From NCBI GenBank assembly GCA_964413715.1, contig CAYPSN010000005.1, positions 1,572 to 65,571 of the forward strand: a stretch of DNA of 64,000 nt, in the 5' to 3' direction. The notes under the pieces were generated by a model that had not been told where the DNA came from, did not search any database, and saw only the letters and a program-made list of their open reading frames with translations. Shown here one piece after another: positions 17,944 to 27,269 of the stretch. Source of the stretch: an uncultured Candidatus Saccharibacteria bacterium (GTDB lineage Bacteria; Patescibacteriota; Saccharimonadia; CAILAD01; JADZBC01). Position numbers and translations under genes: made by a program. Positions within the stretch are counted from its first letter, which is position 1. The number at the start of each line of letters is the position of its first letter.

Positions 17944-20412
17944 ATGAGGGTGGCACATGTATTAAAACAGCTTGAGCTTTCTGGCTTCAAATCTTTCGGA
18001 TCGCGTACGAAGATTGATTTTTCTGGTGGACTCGTGGCAATTGTCGGGCCGAATGGTTCTGGCAAAAGTAATGTGGTGGATGCGATTCGGTGGGCTTTAG
18101 GCGAGCAAAGCACTAAGCTGTTACGACTGAACAAGTCAGAAGAACTTATTTTTGCCGGTACCAAAAACAAAGCCAAAGCTAGTATGGCAGAAGCTGTACT
18201 CTTGCTCGATAATGCAACTGGTCGTCTGCCAATTGACGCAGCAGAGGTCCAATTGTCTCGACGCCTGTATCGCAGTGGTGATAGTGAGTATCTGCTAAAC
18301 GGCCAAGTCATTAAGCTCAAGCAACTGCAAGAGCTATTGGCGCAGGCGGGTTTTGGCCAAAACTCGTATGCAGTAGTTGGCCAAGGAATGGTGGATCGGC
18401 TTCTGCTCTCAAGTCCGATTGAACGCAAAACTTTGTTTGAAGAAGCGAGTGGCACACGGCATTTTGAACTGCAGCGTACGAACTATATGCGCAAGCTTGA
18501 CCAAACAAAAGACAACTTAACTCAACTTAAGCAGCTTATAGCCGAATTGTCCCCGCAGGTAGAGCGCGCAAAAAACCTTGCGAAACAGCAAAAAGAACAC
18601 AATCTACTCCTGGACAAACTTGACCAGGCCAAGCGCGACTATTTGCTGACGCAAATATTTGAGAATCGTCATAGCCTCGACAAAATTACCGCCCATGCCG
18701 TCAAAGAACAGTCTGAACTTAGCAGCACGCAATCTCGCCTTCAAGACCTTCAGAAAAAGCGCAAGGACATTCAGGCAGAATTTCGTGCCAATCAAGTAGG
18801 GCGCGAAAAACTGATGAGCACTCTTACAGACCTTACGACACGTCGAAGCAAGCTTGCAGAAAGCCTAGCGGTGCTGCGAGCCCAAGAAGAGGTACAGAAC
18901 AAACTCGTGGCGCAAGTAGTTGACCTCGACTCGTTACGACAGGCTATAAAGGCAACAGAAAGAAAGCTTCACTTGGTGCAAAAAAAGTCAGCCGAAACAG
19001 CTGAGAAGATCAGCAACTTTGATACAAAGATTGCCCATGTGCAAAAAGCGCTCGACGAGCTGAATCAGTCGCTTGCAAAAATACGCAAACAATTACAGCA
19101 TAGTAGCAAGAGTATATACCTCAATCATGCGCTGGGGCTTCTGAATCTGCTTGCCCACAAAGACAACATTGTGGCCATGAACAAAAAGGATCGTGACTTG
19201 GCCTTTCATAAGCTACGCCGCATGCTCAAGCTTGTGCTTGACGATAAGTCAGAAGAAGCAGCGCAGGAGGTTAGTCGACTGCAGGCGAAAATAACTCGAC
19301 AGATGGCTATACGCGAAGATTTAATTGAGGAGCGCAATACATTTATTATTCGTTTGCGTAGCTACGAGCTCGACACAGCGAGTTTGCAAGAGCAACTAGC
19401 GCAAGACGAACAGAGGTTGGAGTTGGATAGTGCAGCAAGTTCGCTTGATTCTAGTGAATCTGGCAACCAGAACCGTAAACAGCAGCTAAAGCAGGCCGCG
19501 AAAGAACTCGTGGCAATAGACAAACAAATCGCCTCGTTGCAACTAGAAATGACTAAGTCGGTCGGTGACCATCTGAATACCGAGAGCATCGATGCGAGTA
19601 TTGAGGAGTTGGCAGGACGCGTTGCTATGGGTAGTGAAAAGGCTCAGATACTTAAAGAGGAGCAAGATCGGGTGGCGGTAGTTCTGCGAGATCTGGAGCT
19701 AAGCTTCGAGACAACGTATGGCTCGCCAATACCGCAAAAACCACCTCGATCCGTTAGCGAAAAAGACGTCGTGATCATTGAAGCAAAGCTTGCCGCATTG
19801 TGTGCCAACAGCCAAGAAGATGCACGGCAACAGCTGGAGGAGCTCTCGAGCAGACTAGCCGAGCTCAAAACCCAAGAGCAAGATCTTGAAACTGCAATGA
19901 AAGACCTAAACTCATTAATTAGCACAACAGAGCAGGATATTCGCAAAAAATTCCACGATGGCTTTACGTCTATCAACCGTCAGTTCGGGCACTTTTTCCA
20001 AGAACTGTTCGGTGGTGGATCGGCCGAAATCGCACTCGTTGCGACTGAGAATGGCGAATATGGTATAGAGTTTAACGTTACTCCACCAGGTAAGCGACAG
20101 CAGCAACTGGCCATGCTGTCTGGCGGCGAGCGATCGCTGGGCGCAATAGCGCTTTTGGCGGCGATTATTGCGGTAAACCCAAGTCCTTTTATGGTCTTGG
20201 ACGAAGTAGATGCGGCGCTTGATGACGCCAACGCAGCGAAGTTTAGCAATCTTCTTGGTGAGCTAAAGAAAAAAACACAGCTTATTGTTGTGACTCATAA
20301 CCACACAACAATGCATGCGAGCGACCAACTAACGGGTATTACAACCGATAGTGATGGGGTGGCAATGGCTGTGTCTGGCAAGATGGTGGCGGAAGTCGCT
20401 CAGGAGGCTTGA
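17944..20412 (+). CDS. smc: SMC-family chromosome segregation ATPase, short form
   Basis: GPNGSGKSN, LSGGE, LDEVDAALD, long coiled coil; rnc-smc synteny. Confidence 0.9.
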   Translation: MRVAHVLKQLELSGFKSFGSRTKIDFSGGLVAIVGPNGSGKSNVVDAIRWALGEQSTKLLRLNKSEELIFAGTKNKAKASMAEAVLLLDNATGRLPIDAAEVQLSRRLYRSGDSEYLLNGQVIKLKQLQELLAQAGFGQNSYAVVGQGMVDRLLLSSPIERKTLFEEASGTRHFELQRTNYMRKLDQTKDNLTQLKQLIAELSPQVERAKNLAKQQKEHNLLLDKLDQAKRDYLLTQIFENRHSLDKITAHAVKEQSELSSTQSRLQDLQKKRKDIQAEFRANQVGREKLMSTLTDLTTRRSKLAESLAVLRAQEEVQNKLVAQVVDLDSLRQAIKATERKLHLVQKKSAETAEKISNFDTKIAHVQKALDELNQSLAKIRKQLQHSSKSIYLNHALGLLNLLAHKDNIVAMNKKDRDLAFHKLRRMLKLVLDDKSEEAAQEVSRLQAKITRQMAIREDLIEERNTFIIRLRSYELDTASLQEQLAQDEQRLELDSAASSLDSSESGNQNRKQQLKQAAKELVAIDKQIASLQLEMTKSVGDHLNTESIDASIEELAGRVAMGSEKAQILKEEQDRVAVVLRDLELSFETTYGSPIPQKPPRSVSEKDVVIIEAKLAALCANSQEDARQQLEELSSRLAELKTQEQDLETAMKDLNSLISTTEQDIRKKFHDGFTSINRQFGHFFQELFGGGSAEIALVATENGEYGIEFNVTPPGKRQQQLAMLSGGERSLGAIALLAAIIAVNPSPFMVLDEVDAALDDANAAKFSNLLGELKKKTQLIVVTHNHTTMHASDQLTGITTDSDGVAMAVSGKMVAEVAQEA

Positions 20413-20507
20413 CTTTTAACCTGTTTTACAGGTAGAATAATGTGTATTGATTTTGTAAGTTGCCGCCCAATTATAGAGGTGGCTAAGTAATTGAGATAAA
20501 GGAAACT

Positions 20508-21005
20508 ATGCTCGTAATCAGATTGGCCCGCGGGGGTCGAAAAAAATATCCAGTATATCGGATTGTAGCCGCTGACAAGCGACGTGCTGCTACAGGTAAG
20601 TTCGTGGCTGTTTTGGGTACATACAACCCTCACACCAAGGAGCTCAGCTTCAAGAAAGATGAGTTGAATCAGTACGTAGCAAACGGCGCTCAGCCATCTG
20701 ATGCGGTATTGCGACTCATGCGCAAAGACGGTCTGGAGCTTCCTAAGTGGGCTGCAATTGTGGACAAGCACCGCAAGCCCAAGAAAGAACAGGAAGAGAC
20801 AGAAGAAAAGGCTGAAACACCTGCCGAAGGTGAGGCTAGTGCTGAAGTAGCAGCTGAAGCTGCCGATGCCAAAGCCGAAGTAGCCGAGGAAACTCACAAT
20901 ATCGACAATGCTGAAGCCGCTGAAGCTAAGGACGACGCCGCTGTTACCGAAGCAGTTGCGGATGCCGCAGCCGAAGCCGCCAAGGCCGAAAAGCCTGCCG
21001 AATAA
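20508..21005 (+). CDS. rpsP: 30S ribosomal protein S16 with acidic C-terminal tail
   Basis: MLVIRLARGGRKKYPVYRIVAAD..LGTYNP..GAQPSD. Confidence 0.97.
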   Translation: MLVIRLARGGRKKYPVYRIVAADKRRAATGKFVAVLGTYNPHTKELSFKKDELNQYVANGAQPSDAVLRLMRKDGLELPKWAAIVDKHRKPKKEQEETEEKAETPAEGEASAEVAAEAADAKAEVAEETHNIDNAEAAEAKDDAAVTEAVADAAAEAAKAEKPAE

Positions 21006-21023
21006 CATTTGAGCCAATCTTAC

Positions 21024-21054
21024 CAGAAGCCTGCATGACAAAGCAGGCTTCTTT
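21024..21054 (+). terminator. intrinsic terminator after rpsP
   Basis: AGAAGCCTGC/GCAGGCTTCT followed by TT. Confidence 0.7.
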
Positions 21055-21090
21055 CGTTACAATTAGGCTGTAATCGTAGGAGTAGATGGT

Positions 21091-21480
21091 ATGTCAGATG
21101 CAGTAGATATGGACCAGGCTTTTGTAGAGTACGTTGTTAAATCGATTGTAGATAATCCCGACAAGGTTGTTGTGACTCGCTCGGTCGACGATCGTGGAGT
21201 CTTGCTTGAACTCAGTGTAGACCCGGAGGATATGGGTAAAATTATTGGCAAAGCGGGCGCAACTGCCAAGGCGATTCGTACGCTTTTACGTGTATTGGGT
21301 GCCAAAAGTGATGCCCGTTTTAACTTGAAAATCGTTGAGCCCGATGGACATGTGCCTGCAGGTACTGACCACGACGAAACTGATGTCGAAGAATCAGCTG
21401 ACGATACTGAAGACCGCGCGTCGGCAATTAAAGCCAAGGCGCGCGAAGGCCTCGAAGATCTTGATGACTTAGACATTTAG
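21091..21480 (+). CDS. khpA: KH-domain RNA-binding protein KhpA
   Basis: DMGKIIGKAGATAKAIRTLL; follows rpsP. Confidence 0.9.
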   Translation: MSDAVDMDQAFVEYVVKSIVDNPDKVVVTRSVDDRGVLLELSVDPEDMGKIIGKAGATAKAIRTLLRVLGAKSDARFNLKIVEPDGHVPAGTDHDETDVEESADDTEDRASAIKAKAREGLEDLDDLDI

Positions 21481-21614
21481 TCTCCTCATTTGTAATCCTG
21501 AGCTTGTCAAAGGATCTTGCATGGAATCTTGCAAACACTTCGCACTTAGTTGGGCGGAGTGTTTGACTTTGCGCCAAGATTAAACCACAATAAGCATAAG
21601 GATTAATCAAGGAA

Positions 21615-22676
21615 ATGAATATGGGGCCAATGGGTGATTTTGTGCCGGCGGGCGAGCCAGCCGGAGATGATGATAGGCAGGATGGCGGGTTTCCAAGTAT
21701 AACTCGTGCCGAACAAGCCAAGCGAACACAAGAAGAGTTACATGAGATTGCTCAAAGGGGTGGATGGCAACCACCGAAGACAGAAGATCTGCCAAAGGCT
21801 GATGGCACTACCGGTTTGCCAGAAAATACATCCTTGGCTAGCGAGAAAAGTCTTACGCCTGGCCAAAGAAGCCGTATCGAAGACTTGTCAAAACCAAGTT
21901 TGAGAATTCAGGCGGGAGAGTCTATGAAGGCGGATACTGCAGAGAGTCCCGATGAAACCAGAATAACTTCCTACGCCGCCCGTAGTGCACGAGAGGCCTT
22001 TGTTGATGAGAATGGCCGTCATTATGATGCCGACCCAGTCTACACAGAGCGCGCAGGGTTCAGTGATGTCTCCAACCCTGTCTTAAAAGAGCTTCAAGCT
22101 CTCAACTACGAAGATCTACCAGTTGATATCGATGCGGACAAATTAGAGGTTCAGGTTGCGGAAGCAGGTCGGAACGAAAAAACCTATAAAAGGTGGCTAG
22201 CAGAAACCATTGAGCAGCACCGTTACTCCGCACACAGGCTATATCAGCGCGATCCGGAACGGTATTCGGCAATGTCGCAGAAGGAATTCATTGATGTTTT
22301 GTCTGAATACACGCAGGCCGAAGAAGAACTGTCGATATTAGAAGAAGTGCGTATTAGTGATGAATCAGCTCAAGTTCGTCAGATAGAGCGCATTATGTCT
22401 GAATATGGGGCGGACGCTGGAGTTATGGAAGTGCTTGAAGCACTTTCGCAGCAGGCTGACATTCCCGACATGCCGCAACACCAGACATTCGAGAACTTCA
22501 TTGCAAAGGTTTTAGAGAATAAAAAGCAGGCAATTGAGCTGGCTAAGGCTAAGGCACGACAGATGAGGGCTGATATGGCACGCAAATATGGAGGGGATGC
22601 GCCAGCTGAAACAAATGCAGTGGAGTCACCTGACGAAGCAGATGATCCTCATTACGACGGTAGGGGATACAACTAG
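21615..22676 (+). CDS. hypothetical acidic helical protein
   Basis: 353-aa ORF, AAGGA SD, no recognisable motif. Confidence 0.7.
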   Translation: MNMGPMGDFVPAGEPAGDDDRQDGGFPSITRAEQAKRTQEELHEIAQRGGWQPPKTEDLPKADGTTGLPENTSLASEKSLTPGQRSRIEDLSKPSLRIQAGESMKADTAESPDETRITSYAARSAREAFVDENGRHYDADPVYTERAGFSDVSNPVLKELQALNYEDLPVDIDADKLEVQVAEAGRNEKTYKRWLAETIEQHRYSAHRLYQRDPERYSAMSQKEFIDVLSEYTQAEEELSILEEVRISDESAQVRQIERIMSEYGADAGVMEVLEALSQQADIPDMPQHQTFENFIAKVLENKKQAIELAKAKARQMRADMARKYGGDAPAETNAVESPDEADDPHYDGRGYN

Positions 22677-22713
22677 CCTGACGCGATAGCTTCATCCTGA
22701 TATAATATCAGGT

Positions 22714-23388
22714 ATGAAAATTAGTATTATTACTTTGTTCCCGGAGATGTTTGAGGGGCCGTTTGCTCATTCTATGCTTTGGAAGGCGCAAAAAGAAGGT
22801 TTGCTTGAGCTGAAGATCGTGAACCTGCGCGAATATGGCGAAGGCCCACGCAAGACCGTAGACGACACTCCATATGGTGGCGGCGCTGGTATGGTGCTTA
22901 AGTGCGAGCCAGTATTTGCCGCTGTCGAAGAAATCAAGCAAAAGTCGCCTAACGCAAAAGTACTCATGATGACGCCACGCGGTAAGCGCTACAGTCAGGT
23001 GGATGCCAAGCGGCTCAGCAAGTACAATGACATAATTATTCTCTGCGGTCACTACGAAGGTTTTGATGAGCGTATATTGAGCATTGTGGACGAAGAAATC
23101 TCGATGGGAGACTTTGTGCTGACTGGTGGTGAGATTCCTGCCATGGCGTTGGTTGATAGTGTGGTGCGGCTTATTCCTGGCGTGTTGGGTCACGGTGACT
23201 CTGCTCACGATGAATCCTTTAGCGCAGGTTTACTAGAATACCCACAGTACACTCGGCCAGAGGAATTTCGAGGTATGAAGGTGCCAGATGTACTCAAAGG
23301 CGGTAATCATGCAGAAATTGCTAAGTGGCGCAAAGCTCAAGCAGTAGAAAAGACCAAGCAAGCACGACCCGATCTATTGGATTTTTAG
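22714..23388 (+). CDS. trmD: tRNA (guanine37-N1)-methyltransferase
   Basis: VDDTPYGGGAGMV, CGHYEGFDER, SMGDFVLTGGE, LEYPQYTRP. Confidence 0.98.
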   Translation: MKISIITLFPEMFEGPFAHSMLWKAQKEGLLELKIVNLREYGEGPRKTVDDTPYGGGAGMVLKCEPVFAAVEEIKQKSPNAKVLMMTPRGKRYSQVDAKRLSKYNDIIILCGHYEGFDERILSIVDEEISMGDFVLTGGEIPAMALVDSVVRLIPGVLGHGDSAHDESFSAGLLEYPQYTRPEEFRGMKVPDVLKGGNHAEIAKWRKAQAVEKTKQARPDLLDF

Positions 23389-23445
23389 GCATTTGACCCG
23401 TATTACGCTTATGCCTATACTAAGTGTATTAAAGAGTGAACAAAT

Positions 23446-24498
23446 ATGCCGCCAAAGAATCCAGAATCATCAAGTGGCAGTAAGCCCCCCGAACAGGCTA
23501 TGACTCCTACAGCAGCCTCTCTTCAGGCTGACTTAGTCGCTATGGTTGAAGCTCAGAAGGCAACCAGTTCTCCTGTAGGTGGGGCAGCCGAGACATCGGC
23601 CACTCCAGTAATGGGCCGCGCCGAAGCCAAAGGTGCTGCCATTGGTAGAAAGATCGATAATCTTGCCGAACGAGGGAGTGATGCAGTTGCGGCTGGTAAA
23701 GAAAAGCTAGGTAACGCAGCAGATACTGTAGCTGAAAAAGCCTATGATGCTGCTGGTGCGATTGATCGCGGCGTTAAGAGTGTGAAAGAGCGAGCTAAGG
23801 GTGTTCGTGAGCGAGTAGAAAAAGGTGCCGACTTAGCAACCGAAAAGCGCAAAGAGGCTGTGGCAGCAGCAAAAGAAAAATCGCAAAAGGCTATGTTGGT
23901 AGCCATAGGGGTATCTATTGCTGGGGCTGAGGCTATCGCTAATATTCCCGAGAATGCCAAAAAACGTGGTAAAAAGATTGGTGAAACACTTAACCGTTGG
24001 GCCTCGAAGGCAATGGAAGCAATTTCTGGTCGCGCCCAGAAGACAAAAGAAAGTATTGCAGGCGGTATTAGCGCTGCTGCAGAGAAAATTGGCGATGTCA
24101 TAGAGGCTGGCGTAGATAAGGTGGACACAAAGTTGAGTAATTGGGAAGCTCGTTTGCAGCAAGCTCGTCAAGAAGCCGAAGCAGCCGCCGAGCAGGCTCG
24201 CCTTGAGTCGCTAAGAAAAAGCTACATTGAAGCACGCGTTGAAAACACCACCAAAGAAGCCAATGCAGAATATGACGAAGCTATCAGTAGGGCAGAAAAG
24301 ACCCGCCAGGAAAAAATTGCGAAAGCCGAGACAGGTGCGGCACAAGAAGTCCAGGGGCTCACAGCTGAGCAGCTTGAAGATGCAATTAAGCAGCTTCTTG
24401 CCGCTCCAGAGCCACAACCTGTTGAAAAGCCTGCTGAATCAGCACCTGGGACTTCGGAAGTAGAGACCGCCCCTGATGTAATGCCGGCAGCGGCCTAA
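23446..24498 (+). CDS. Ala/Lys/Glu-rich amphipathic helical protein (LEA/apolipoprotein-like)
   Basis: composition and helical periodicity; TTGACC-17-TATACT promoter at 23393-23421. Confidence 0.65.
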   Translation: MPPKNPESSSGSKPPEQAMTPTAASLQADLVAMVEAQKATSSPVGGAAETSATPVMGRAEAKGAAIGRKIDNLAERGSDAVAAGKEKLGNAADTVAEKAYDAAGAIDRGVKSVKERAKGVRERVEKGADLATEKRKEAVAAAKEKSQKAMLVAIGVSIAGAEAIANIPENAKKRGKKIGETLNRWASKAMEAISGRAQKTKESIAGGISAAAEKIGDVIEAGVDKVDTKLSNWEARLQQARQEAEAAAEQARLESLRKSYIEARVENTTKEANAEYDEAISRAEKTRQEKIAKAETGAAQEVQGLTAEQLEDAIKQLLAAPEPQPVEKPAESAPGTSEVETAPDVMPAAA

Positions 24499-24507
24499 GG
24501 AGAAACT

Positions 24508-24891
24508 ATGCAAGAGAAAATCGAAGAAATGATTTTAAAAGAGATTGGCGCTGAAGGAATGACTGAAGAAGCCAAGCAGCAAATGTTGGATGATATTGCG
24601 GAAAGTGTCCAGAATTATTTCATTGCTTTTAGTTATCAAAAACTAAGTGAGGCTGACAAGCAAGAGCTTGAGAAGCTGATCGATGCTGGTGATGAAGCAG
24701 CGCAAGATGCTTTTTTGGCAGAAAAAATTCCTAACCGATCTGAGGTAATCCAGAAAGCCGTAGACCAAACAGTCGCCGACATACGTGAATCACAGGCGGA
24801 GTTAGACGCAGAATTGGCCGATATGCAGCCAGCAAATCCGACGCCTGCTTTTCAGCCTCCAGCAACCCAGCCTCCAACTACTGCATTATAA
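24508..24891 (+). CDS. DUF5663-like acidic protein
   Basis: AAGGAG SD; LSEADKQELEKLI...FLAEKIPNRSEVI pattern. Confidence 0.6.
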   Translation: MQEKIEEMILKEIGAEGMTEEAKQQMLDDIAESVQNYFIAFSYQKLSEADKQELEKLIDAGDEAAQDAFLAEKIPNRSEVIQKAVDQTVADIRESQAELDAELADMQPANPTPAFQPPATQPPTTAL

Positions 24892-24934
24892 TGAATCTTG
24901 TAGACTACTAGGTTATTTGCTAGTATAGGTATCT

Positions 24935-25879
24935 ATGGCAAGTGTTATCTCGGTTAAGAATGTAAAAAAGAAGTTCGGCAATGTCAAAGCGCTCGATGGC
25001 GTTAGTATTGAGGTAGAAAAAGGCAAAATCTACGGACTACTTGGCCCTAATGGCGCGGGTAAAACGACGCTGGTGCGTGCACTCGCCACTTTGATTGATA
25101 CCGACAGCGGTAAGGTCACAATTAACGGCCTCGATTTGGCCACGCAGCAAGATGAAATTCGTACCAAAATCGGCCTCGCAGGGCAATTTGCCGCGGTTGA
25201 TGATTTTCTGACAGGTCGCGAAACTCTTATGATGGTAGCTCGCTTGTATCATGTGCCACGCAAGGAAGCTAAGAAGCGCGCCGATGAACTGCTTGAAAGG
25301 CTCAGCCTTACCGATGCTGCTGACAGGCCAGCTAAGACGTACTCTGGTGGTATGCGTAGACGACTTGACCTGGGTGCGAGCCTGGTTGGAAAGCCAGAAA
25401 TCATCTTTATGGACGAACCAACTACTGGTCTTGATCCACGCACCCGCCAAGAGCTGTGGGAGATTATCCGCGAGCTCGTCGACGAGGGTAGAACACTACT
25501 ACTGACCACTCAGTACTTAGAAGAGGCCGATGCACTGTGTGACTACATTAGTATTATTGATAAAGGCAAAGTTGTGCAGCATGGTACTGCCAATCAGCTC
25601 AAGGCCAGCCTTGGGCGTGATGTGGTGGAAATTCATGTAGCTCCTGCCGACCAAGAAAAAGCCTTGGAGCTCATGAAACAAGTAACCCGCACGACACCAA
25701 AGCAAGATGAAATGACGCGTGCTATTAGCGTGCGGGCCAGCAAGGGGACCGACACATTGCTCAAAGTCGTCGCTGCTTTTGGCGAAGCCAAGATTAAGCT
25801 GCGTGACGTTTCGGTGCACCGACCAAGTCTGGACGACGTGTTCTTGGCAGTTACTGGCAAGAAGGGTGGTAAAAAATGA
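24935..25879 (+). CDS. DrrA-family ABC-2 exporter ATP-binding subunit
   Basis: GPNGAGKTT, YSGGMRRRLD, DEPTTGLDP, LTTQYLEEAD. Confidence 0.95.
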   Translation: MASVISVKNVKKKFGNVKALDGVSIEVEKGKIYGLLGPNGAGKTTLVRALATLIDTDSGKVTINGLDLATQQDEIRTKIGLAGQFAAVDDFLTGRETLMMVARLYHVPRKEAKKRADELLERLSLTDAADRPAKTYSGGMRRRLDLGASLVGKPEIIFMDEPTTGLDPRTRQELWEIIRELVDEGRTLLLTTQYLEEADALCDYISIIDKGKVVQHGTANQLKASLGRDVVEIHVAPADQEKALELMKQVTRTTPKQDEMTRAISVRASKGTDTLLKVVAAFGEAKIKLRDVSVHRPSLDDVFLAVTGKKGGKK

Positions 25880-26643
25880 GCCAACTTCTTTACGCCCTTA
25901 GCGATGTTTGGGTGCTCATTAAGCGCAATGTCACTCGCTTTAAACGCACTCCGCAGGTAGTAATTTTCTCGTCCATTCAGCCGATTATGTTTTTAACACT
26001 GTTTAACTATGTGTTTGGTGGGGCTATCGGTGGCGCTACGTCTGGGCCGTACATCAACTTCTTGCTTCCTGGTATTATTGCCCAGTCGGCACTATTCGGT
26101 ACTTTGCAAACGCCAATTGCGTTGATCGAAGATCTTGATCGTGGATCGATCGACCGTTTTAGAAGCTTACCTATTATTCGCGCTGCCGTACTTGCTGCTC
26201 GCACGACTAGTGATAACTTGCGTACAATCTTTGTGCTTTTACTTCTGTTTGGGGTTGGGGTGTTGATGGGCTTTGATGCTTCGGCTCCCGCATTACACGT
26301 AGCTGCTGCACTCGCATTGATGGCTTTCTTTAGCTACGCATTCTCATGGCTCATGGCGGCAATGGGGCTTTTCATTCGCAATGGTGAAGCCATGCAGACC
26401 GCCGGCTTTCTACTCGTGTTCCCATTAACGTTTGCCAGCTCGGTATTTGTGCCAGTACAAAGCATGCCAGAATGGCTGCAGGTATTTTCGCGTAACCAAC
26501 CCGTTACGCAAATTGTGAATGCGACTCGTGCGCTGATGTTTGGTGGCGATTTAACTTCGGTATGGATTACGCTTGCATGGGCAGCGGGAATATTGGCTGT
26601 GGGTGTGCCACTTGCGGTCTGGAAGTATCGCCGCACTGTCTAA
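25876..26643 (+). CDS. DrrB-family ABC-2 permease
   Basis: six TMs, DRFRSLPI, SSVFVP...MPEWLQ...NQP; ATGA overlap with ATPase. Confidence 0.92.
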   Translation: MSQLLYALSDVWVLIKRNVTRFKRTPQVVIFSSIQPIMFLTLFNYVFGGAIGGATSGPYINFLLPGIIAQSALFGTLQTPIALIEDLDRGSIDRFRSLPIIRAAVLAARTTSDNLRTIFVLLLLFGVGVLMGFDASAPALHVAAALALMAFFSYAFSWLMAAMGLFIRNGEAMQTAGFLLVFPLTFASSVFVPVQSMPEWLQVFSRNQPVTQIVNATRALMFGGDLTSVWITLAWAAGILAVGVPLAVWKYRRTV

Positions 26644-26761
26644 CTCTGGAAATTTTACGCTCTTTGCGCTAGAATAGCGTAGTTATTTATTGGAGTGTGG
26701 CCCCTTGGCAACTGTAGGGCGCAAGCGTCCGGCCACTTAAAAATAAGTACGACAATAGTGA

Positions 26762-26836
26762 TGGGGCGTGGCCAAGTGGTAAGGCGCTTGATTCTGGCTC
26801 AAGAGACCGTAGGTTCGAATCCTACCGCCCCAGCCA
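26762..26836 (+). tRNA. tRNA-Gln(CTG)
   Basis: TGGGGCG/CGCCCCA acceptor; CTTGA-TTCTGGC-TCAAG; GTTCGAATC; CCA. Confidence 0.96.
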
Positions 26837-27118
26837 TTTATGATTAGAACAGATTATGCTCCGGAACGTGTGTCCCGGAGCATTTTGGTTGAGAGCTGGA
26901 TCGTTGATGCCCAACTCTTTGAAGGTGTACTTGAGAATGAGGATGTTCCGAGGATTAGGTAAGTGGCTTTGCGATAGCTTCTCCCGACTGAACGCCACAT
27001 GCGCGGTTACGATCCGCTCCATGTTGTCCCGGCTCTGGAGTCTGCCCTGCGGACGTTGCTTGGTGGGCTTTTTAGGAGGCATTGCCCGTAAGGACGTGCA
27101 CACTTTTGGGTAATGCAT
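26822..27118 (-). CDS. small basic hypothetical protein running into the tRNA-Gln antisense strand
   Basis: TTGACT-17-TACAAT promoter (27190-27162), AGAGG SD; ORF crosses the 26858-26883 hairpin. Confidence 0.4.
   Translation of the reverse strand: MHYPKVCTSLRAMPPKKPTKQRPQGRLQSRDNMERIVTAHVAFSREKLSQSHLPNPRNILILKYTFKELGINDPALNQNAPGHTFRSIICSNHKWLGR
26858..26886. terminator. terminator hairpin after tRNA-Gln, possibly bidirectional
   Basis: ATGCTCCGG/CCGGAGCAT followed by TTT. Confidence 0.7.
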
Positions 27119-27269
27119 AACCTCTATTTAGTCACCATTTCCGTCGGAACACCTTAAGTTGATTGTATGGCTATGGGTTGAGCAAGTCAACTTATCGCGT
27201 TCCTAGGTCGCGACGCTCAGTCAGGTAATTATCTTGTGGGCTCAAAGCTCTAATGCTAAAGTAGTCACT

